Of a stretch of 64,000 bases of DNA, positions 56,782 to 64,000 are shown in pieces (the first letter of the stretch is position 1; each line of letters begins with the position of its first letter). Location: positions 4,898,001-4,962,000 of the forward strand of contig OX597822.1 of assembly GCA_951406725.2 (NCBI GenBank), in the 5' to 3' direction. Source of the stretch: Octopus vulgaris. Its lineage: Eukaryota. A program made the translations under genes and the position numbers. The notes under the pieces are model-generated. The model was not told the DNA's origin, made no database searches, and worked only from the letters and a program-made list of their open reading frames with translations.

Positions 56782-57360
56782 GTACATGTACATACTTACA
56801 TCTATACGTATATATATGCATATGAGAGCATGGGTGTCATGAAACATGTACAACAAAAACTACGAAGTATGAGTACATGGAATATGAACTATTTTTTTGA
56901 ACAACAAAAGACACAAAATGGAAAACAAGACAAACAACACAAAAAGAAACGACCCTTCATCAGTTGTTGACTGTTTTTCTACTCTCATATCTCTAGCATT
57001 TAACAACAAGATACACTTTTTGATAAAAAAAAAAGTTGCTCCTGCAAAGCAAATTAAATAAAATTTGGGATTTTGTGGAGGGTCAAAATTGGTAACACAG
57101 ACAGGAGAGTGAAAACAAACAGGAAGGGCTGCTACGCCTAAACGAGGTTGTGGTGGCGAACATGTAAATCAAGCTTGGACAGGAGACAGACAAGAACAAG
57201 TCTTCCTTGTATATATGTATGGATATACATCACATACATATTAATATGTACATACATTATCTATACACTTACACAAATAGACAGACGTTCACGCATAAAG
57301 ATGAACACAAACCTATGAACATTAAATATGATCCATTTGGGAGTTATATATTGAAGAGTC

Positions 57361-58027
57361 AATCTCTCTCTCTCAGCCTTACTTTTCTCCCTAATTCTTC
57401 ATGTAATTTCCAAATGAAATCTTTCTAATACCCTTTGTTCCCCTTTCCTTATGTGTTTCCAAGTTGGCAACATATTTTTTTGTACTATGCCTTAAATAAC
57501 TCTTGCCTCACTTTTCTTTATTTTTCTTCCATGTTTCATGTTGGCTAAATATTTTTCGCACCATCTCTTAATCTTTCCTTTCACTATGGCCTCTTGTGCT
57601 ATTCTCTACTGTCCAGAGTGAAAATGTCCATTCATAATGTCCACTTCTGGTTGTAGCATATATATAAGAATACCTTTCTCAAATGTTTCCTCCTCTCAGA
57701 TTTTCATGCGACTCATTCCAGTGTTGCTGTCTATTGGTACCCACGTATGCACTGCTAAGCTAAGATATTCTCTCATTTCCTTTTATCTTTTCATTCATTC
57801 ATTATTAATAGACATTATTTACTAATATGTATTTTCGTAAGCTAATTATTTAAATTGATTCTTCAATATATAACTTCCTAATCTCTCTCTCTCAGCCTTA
57901 GATTTCTCCTTAATTCTTCATGAAATTTCCAAATGAAATTTTTCTAATACCCTTAGTTCTCCGTTCCTCCTGTGTTTCCATGTTGGCTACATATTTTTTC
58001 TGTACTATTTCTTAAAGAACCCTTGCT
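57361..58027. repeat. Direct repeat of about 146 bp spaced 520 bp apart
   Basis: aatctctctctctcagcctta...aatttccaaatgaaat... at 57361 and 57881, moderately diverged. Confidence 0.85.
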
Positions 58028-58077
58028 TGTTTGTGGTGTGCCTGCCCATTGCCGCCCCCACCACCAATACCAGATAT

Positions 58078-59659
58078 CTGTTGAAAGGGAGGAAGAGCTA
58101 CAGACTTGTGACATAGAGGGTAACTGGAACTTCCTATGTGACAGCTTACTGAGCACCACAGACCAAATCTGCAGCCGGTGCAAAGTCCCTTCTAGACCTA
58201 GGGCAGCGTGGTGGTGGAATAATACAGTAAACAAGGTCATTAGAGCAAAGAAACAGGCTTGGAAAACCTGGAAGAGTTGGGGGAGTAGGAAACTGTACCA
58301 GATAGACAGAAAGGAGGCTGGGAGACAGGCATATATATCCAAGGGAGAAACAGAAAAGAATTTTGCCAATGTTCAGTGAAGTGAGGACCAAAGTACTGAA
58401 GTATTTCAGATTGCAAAACAGTGTGTGAGAGAAAATTGTGATGTTACAGGAGAGAAATGTGTGTGCAAGGATGATGGTGCACTTGCTTTTTAATGATTCT
58501 GCAAAGAAAGAGGCTTGGAGATGCTATTATGAAAGGCTGCTGAATGTGGATAATGAATGGGAGGAGGAGAGCCTGCCAAATGTTGACCCAGCTACCTGAA
58601 TCTATAGCACCTTGGTAGATAAAGAAATTAAGGATATGAAATCAGGAAAAGCTCCCACCCTATCAGGAATCATTGTTGAGATGCTTAAAATATCTGGTGG
58701 TGTGGGCTATGGTCTAGTCACCTGTATTGTAAATCAGGTAGTTCACGAAGGAGTCATAACCAATGACTGCTGTAGCAGCACCATAGTCAACTGTTACAAA
58801 GCTAAAGGTGATGTTTTAGATAGAAATAACTACAAGGGTATCAAACTGCTGAATCAGGTTGTACATAAGAAGCATCAGATGTGGTGAGCAAGGGAGACAA
58901 CTGCACTGGTATGGTCATGTGCTGCATATGGATGGGGAGAGCTGTATGAAGATGTGTCATTCCCTAACAGGGGAAGGAACCCATAGAAGGGGGAGATCCA
59001 GGAAGACATGGGATGAGGTGTTGAAGTACAACCTTCGAGTGTTTGGCCTCACAGAGGCAATGACAAGAGACCAAGACCTCTGGAGATATGCTGTGATTGG
59101 GAAGACCCGGCAAGTAAAGTGAGATCACAGCCGTAGCCAATGCCAGTGTTGTATAACCAGCCCATTTAAAAAGTACCTTTGAATCACTGGGCAACACACC
59201 GTGCTAGAGGAAACCTATTGAGTCAAGTAAAATCAAAAATCAAAAATCAATATCAAAATTACAATCAGAATCTCAATGAAATTGAAATCAAAATGGAAAT
59301 TGTAGTTGTGGCTGATGCTAGTGCCACCTGATTGGCTCCTGTGCTGGTTGCATGCAATAAGTACTATTCATGTGTGGGTCATTACCAGTGCTGCCTGACT
59401 GGCTCCCCATGTTGGTGCCACATAAAAAGCACCATCTGAACATGGCCAATGCCAGTACTGACTGACTGGCTCACTTGCTGGTGGCATGTAAAAAGCACCC
59501 ACTACACTCTCGGAGTGGTTGGCATTAGGAAGGGCATCCAGCTGTAGAAACCTTGACAGATCAGATTGGATCCTGGTGCAGCCTCCTGGCTTGCCAGTCC
59601 CCAGTCAAACTGACCAACCCATGCCAGCATGGAAAACGATGATGATGATGATGATGATG
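58078..59659 (+). mobile_element. RTE LINE, 5'-truncated, with internal deletion of the RT core
   Basis: Degenerate linker and RT start up to YKGIKLLNQV, joined at about 58860 directly to IRSIRCG...HWYGHV. Full 3'UTR and (GAT)n tail. Confidence 0.93.
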
Positions 59660-60323
59660 AATTTAAATTACATTCAAAATGAGTTTTTAGAAGGGGTAAA
59701 GTGATTAAGATTTTACATAAACAAATCCCTTACAATAATACAAATGTTTTAATGTTGAAACATTCTCCTCTCCTGATTTCAGGCATAGAGAGATAGGTAT
59801 CCAACATCAAAATAGCATCAAACACACATATACATGCATGCACATATACTCACACACACTTAAAGACTATTTTAGTTTGTTACTAATGTTTGTATAAATC
59901 AATGTCGCTAAAAACACACACACTGCTTATATTTTGATTCCTTCTATAATTATTATTATTACTCAACTAGTTAACTAATTATCCAGCTAATCAATTAATT
60001 ACATAGCCATTCTTTTGATCAATCAATCAGTTTGCCAGAGTCTGTTTGTCATTATTTGTGACTTCAATAATATACATACATCTACTCAAAGTCTGCTACA
60101 TCCAAAAACTGCTGCTGCTAATAATAATAATGATAATAATAATGTTTTGACAGACATTCTAAAAAACAATACTCTGTACAAAACCGAAAATATGGCACCC
60201 TTGTCATAACACCAACTTGAACTTCTAAATTGTTGTCTCTTGAGGTCTCTGTGTAAGACTTAGAGTCAGTTTGTATAAATACAAAACAAAAGCCAACCAC
60301 ATAATAATAATAATAATAATAAT

Positions 60324-60513
60324 TGTTCCAAATTCTGGCACAAGGCTGGCAATTTTTGGGGAGGGGATAAGTCGATTACATCGATCTCAGTATTCAACTG
60401 GTACTCATTTTATTGACCTGCCCCCAAGGATGTAAGGCAAAGTCAATCTTGGTGGAATATAAATTTAGAATGTAGAGTCAGACAGCATTTTACCTGGCAT
60501 GGTAACATAAAAC

Positions 60514-60547
<34 letters not shown>

Positions 60548-60738
60548 CTTTTCTACTATAGGCACAAGGCCTGAAATTTGTGGGGTGTAGGAGAGTTAAT
60601 TACATCAACTTCATTGCTCATCTGGTATTTGTTTTATCCACCCTGAAAGGATGAAAGGCAAAGTTGACCTTGGTGGAATTTGAACTCAGAATATAAAAGG
60701 GATGAAATACTGCTAAGCACTTTGTTCAATATGCTAAT
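60324..60738 (-). mobile_element. Two tandem SINE family B copies, each with an (AAT)n tail tract
   Basis: ggcacaaggc...ggatg(a/t)aaggcaaagt at 60324-60510 and 60546-60738. Confidence 0.85.
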
Positions 60739-62102
60739 TGAACAGCTTACAGTCTACCAACAACAAAAAGTGAAAATATAATTCAATGTATGTGTTTTTA
60801 TTTGTAAAATGACCCTTCAAGAGTACAACAACATCTGTTTCAACACAATTTCATATCAAGAATATTGCTAAACAACTACAAAATCAATATATATGCATAT
60901 TTATATATATATTTATATTATCTAGAGTGAAAAATATTTCTGAAATCCAATCACGTACACATATAATATAGGCAGATAAATGTTTACATACTGTTAGGTG
61001 TGGTGTGTGGGGGGGGGGTCTATTTTGGAGTGGATAGAGTGGAAGGATGAGTAATAATTGTTTGTGGGTGATATAACACTTGAAAAGTTAACAGTTAATG
61101 TTTGGTTTGATGAGAACACATGAAAAGGAAGATAGTTTGCATAGTAAAGCCAGATAGATTTATGTAAATGTATAACTAAGAATGAAATATTCAATTTGAC
61201 CTCCTCTTCATTTAGGCTAATAAATCTTATAAAATTAAGATTAACACATCAATACCACTGTGCAGTGATAAGGGTGTATTTATATTCTATCAACTTGATC
61301 AGCGTGTTACTCTTAGCACAATACATTAATTGATAGTTGAGAGAGCTGATATGAACTTCAATGCTGTAATTTGGTCTCACTGATTATAATTAGGTAAGTA
61401 TGGTGAAAGAGACTACAATATTTATCAATCATCAGCTCAATATAAACAGGACAACATTTGAAAATACTGGAATATTTATGAAGTATAGAAGAATGAAAAT
61501 GATGCAAAAACTGAGTTTCTCTACCTTTCATGTAAAAAGCCAACAAGTGTCTACCTTCATCTCTCAATAACAGCATCCGTGTTAAAGAAGGAGCAGCTTT
61601 CTGGTCATTCATGGGTAACATAATAAAATCTACCTCTGAATCAGGGTTTCCACACAGTTTCCACCTAATGAATTTCACTGACAAGGCTATGGTTGACACT
61701 TTTATCTAAAGTGCCATTTGTTCAATGAAATTGATCCTGAAACCAAGTAGTTGGGAAACTAATCGTTTAGCCATAGCACCACAACTCTCATAAGCTTTCT
61801 GAAATTTACATACTGCCTCTGTCTAATGAAACATTAATGCTTTCAGTTTGCTACAGAGGCAACTGAAAAGATAGGAAGCTGTCTTAGATTATTTACAACA
61901 TCTAATTTAAGATCTAACATTTTGCTGAGGTGAATTTTTGCACAATACACGAGGAACCCTACTAATATACATTTACTGACTCTGCCTAAAAAACTAAGAA
62001 AAGGAGACTTCACAAGAAAAAAGCAAGTAATATATTCTTTTATTCTTTTACTTGTTTCAGTCATTTGACTGTGTCCATGCTGGAGCACTGTGTATGTGGT
62101 GT

Positions 62103-62157
62103 GTCCAACCCATGCTAGCATGGAAGGTGAATATTAAATGATAATGATAATGATGAT
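62103..62157 (+). mobile_element. Minimal RTE 3' hairpin plus tail insertion
   Basis: gtccaacccatgctagcatggaagg...atgataatgatgat. Confidence 0.75.
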
Positions 62158-62194
62158 ATATATATATGTGTGTGTGTGTGTGTATGTATATATA

Positions 62195-62328
62195 GGGAGA
62201 GTTTACGAAAAAAAAAAACAAAAGACGAAGACAGGTGGTGTACAAAACAAACAGATGTATTAGTATAATGCTCAGGAATAGAAAAAGTCTTTTATGTTTC
62301 GAGCCTTTGCTCTTCTACAGAAAGGGAC
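62195..62328 (-). mobile_element. Probable Penelope-like terminal fragment with a degenerate minimal hammerhead (62287-62328)
   Basis: Minus strand: cttt CTGTAGA a gagc aaag gctc GAAAC ATA aaag. Abuts a TA/TG microsatellite. Confidence 0.5.
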
Positions 62329-62343
62329 ACACATACATTTTAA

Positions 62344-62957
62344 CCCTTTAGCATTTAGTCATATCCAACCCATATATCCTACCTGTTTTAAACTCAAACC
62401 AGCCAGGATTTGGCCTCTCACACCTACTCTACAATGTCATTATAAACTCTGCAATCATTTCATTGAAATTTTAAAGCTATAAGGTAAAGTATGATTAATT
62501 CAAAACAATGTTAATAAATAGGCGTAGGAGTGGCTGTGTGGTGAGTAGCTTGCTTACCAACCACATGGTTTCGGGTTCAGTCCCATTGCGTGGCACCTTG
62601 GGCAAGTGTCTTCTACTATAGCCTCCAGCCGACCAAAGCTTTGTGAGTGGATTTGGTAGGCGGAAACTAAAAGAAGTCCATTGTATATATATATGTATGT
62701 GTCTGTATATGTTTGTGTGTCTGTGTTTGTCTCCCCCAACATCGCTTGACAACCGATGCTGGTGTGTTTACGTCCCTGTAACTTAGAGGTTCGGCAAAAG
62801 AGACCGATAGAATAAGTACTAGGCTTACAAAAGTAAGTGCTGGGGTCAATTTGCTCGACTAAAGTTGGTGCTCCAGCATGGCTGCAGTCAAATGACTGAA
62901 ACAAGTAAAAACAAGAGTAAGCCTTACATTTGGCAGAATAATCTAGATGCTAAAGGG
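62344..62957 (+). mobile_element. piggyBac-like MITE with both TTAA TSDs, interrupted by a SINE
   Basis: TTAA|ccctttagcat ... atgctaaaggg|TTAA. Same family as 18456 and 2671. Confidence 0.87.
62521..62918 (+). mobile_element. SINE family A nested in the MITE
   Basis: Full-length, colinear with 13527-13940. Confidence 0.93.
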
Positions 62958-64000
62958 TTAAGATGCTTGTACAATCAGCATCCTTTTATTGATGTGTTTT
63001 TAATGTAAATTTGCACACTGGTGAAACATATCGTTTGTTATTGTTACCCACTAAACTGTAAGGACGGACTAATGTATTTGTCTGCCAGGCAAACTGAGAC
63101 GAGCAGAGTCAGTTTGGTTACTCTTCAGGCAAAATACAAAATACAGTCGGTCGTTCATTTTTGAGTTTATTCTGAAGTTGTGATATGTAATAGAAATGAA
63201 AATACAGCCACTTTTGTTTTTGTTTTCTTTTCATTGTGGTACAAATCTGCATCTCTGAAATTTAGCCAATGAATACTGACAGTGCTTCTGCGGTTCCTGC
63301 TGCAGCTACATATACAAAATAAATTACTATAATAGCAAAGATAGCACCTATGACCACCGTTTGGTTAGCAGTTTAGCACTTTAACCTCACAGCCATTGAG
63401 CAATGAAATCCTATCACTGTATTGCAGATAAAAGGTAAAAAGAAAACCAAAATATCTTTAATAAACATCCTGTGAGCTTTTCTTAAATAAGCCTGTCATT
63501 TTTCTGAATGAAGACTTACATTTCTATGTAAACAGTAGGTATCATTCGTTGCACCTGCTCTGACAGTTATAAGACCACTTTGGCAGAGAAATCCCTTGCA
63601 GGATTCTATGTCATTGACTGAACTTCTGTTTCTTTTATTAGCAGAATACATCAGATATATAAAAAAGAAAACACAAATTCAATAACAATATTTTATGTTT
63701 TGGTTCCAGTAAATATACAAGTCTAAGTGTGTGTATTTACATTCATCTACTCCCGCCCCATATACATATATATAAATACACACACACGCGCACACACACA
63801 GATGTAAATATATGCATACATACAAACATTTACATCTATCGCTTTCTACACACACACACATACCGTATAACTCTGAGCAACTGAATATGTTCTAGGGAAA
63901 TAAAAAACAAAAACAAGACATCGAATATGTCTGTAGCAGACAAGTTTAAAATGCTTTTCTCCATCGGCCATTTCAGACAAGCTGCAGAGCACATTAGGTC

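Noticed and set aside
56820-57205. CTGATGA on minus at about 56957-56963 in a repeat resembling a Penelope end
   Set aside because: No GAAA, stem III or cleavage triplet could be placed, so only half a hammerhead core.
63085-63135. CTGAAGA-gtaac-CAAAC on minus with an 8-bp hairpin (similar partial cores at about 8362 and 20805)
   Set aside because: G12 is missing or stem I cannot pair; not supportable as ribozymes.

Overview
AT-rich, CpG-poor, repeat-saturated eukaryotic DNA. The SINE, RTE-LINE and (TA)n/(CATA)n landscape looks like an octopus genome (inference from recognition, not a database result). No host protein-coding exon, rRNA, tRNA or CRISPR array could be supported, and most ORFs in the track are microsatellite or antisense-repeat artefacts. 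Main contents: (1) a young, 5'-truncated RTE-clade LINE (35868-40219, minus) with AP-endonuclease and RT, a C4HC3 PHD-type finger inserted inside the RT, and a four-fold amplified 3'UTR; (2) more than a dozen fragments sharing its 3' stem-loop and (ATG)n tail, plus two probable twin-priming inversions; (3) several tRNA-derived SINE families; (4) a complete non-autonomous Helitron, and piggyBac-, hAT- and mariner-type MITEs; (5) L2 and gypsy relics. The most notable locus is an ORF-less 1-kb insertion in (TA)n at 33114-34131. It is built from a 557-nt terminally redundant monomer plus inverted copies, and carries a type I hammerhead ribozyme motif with a palindromic stem III in both orientations, so it is a candidate Penelope-related retrozyme or circular-RNA retroelement. 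A second, degenerate hammerhead of a different family lies at about 62.3 kb.
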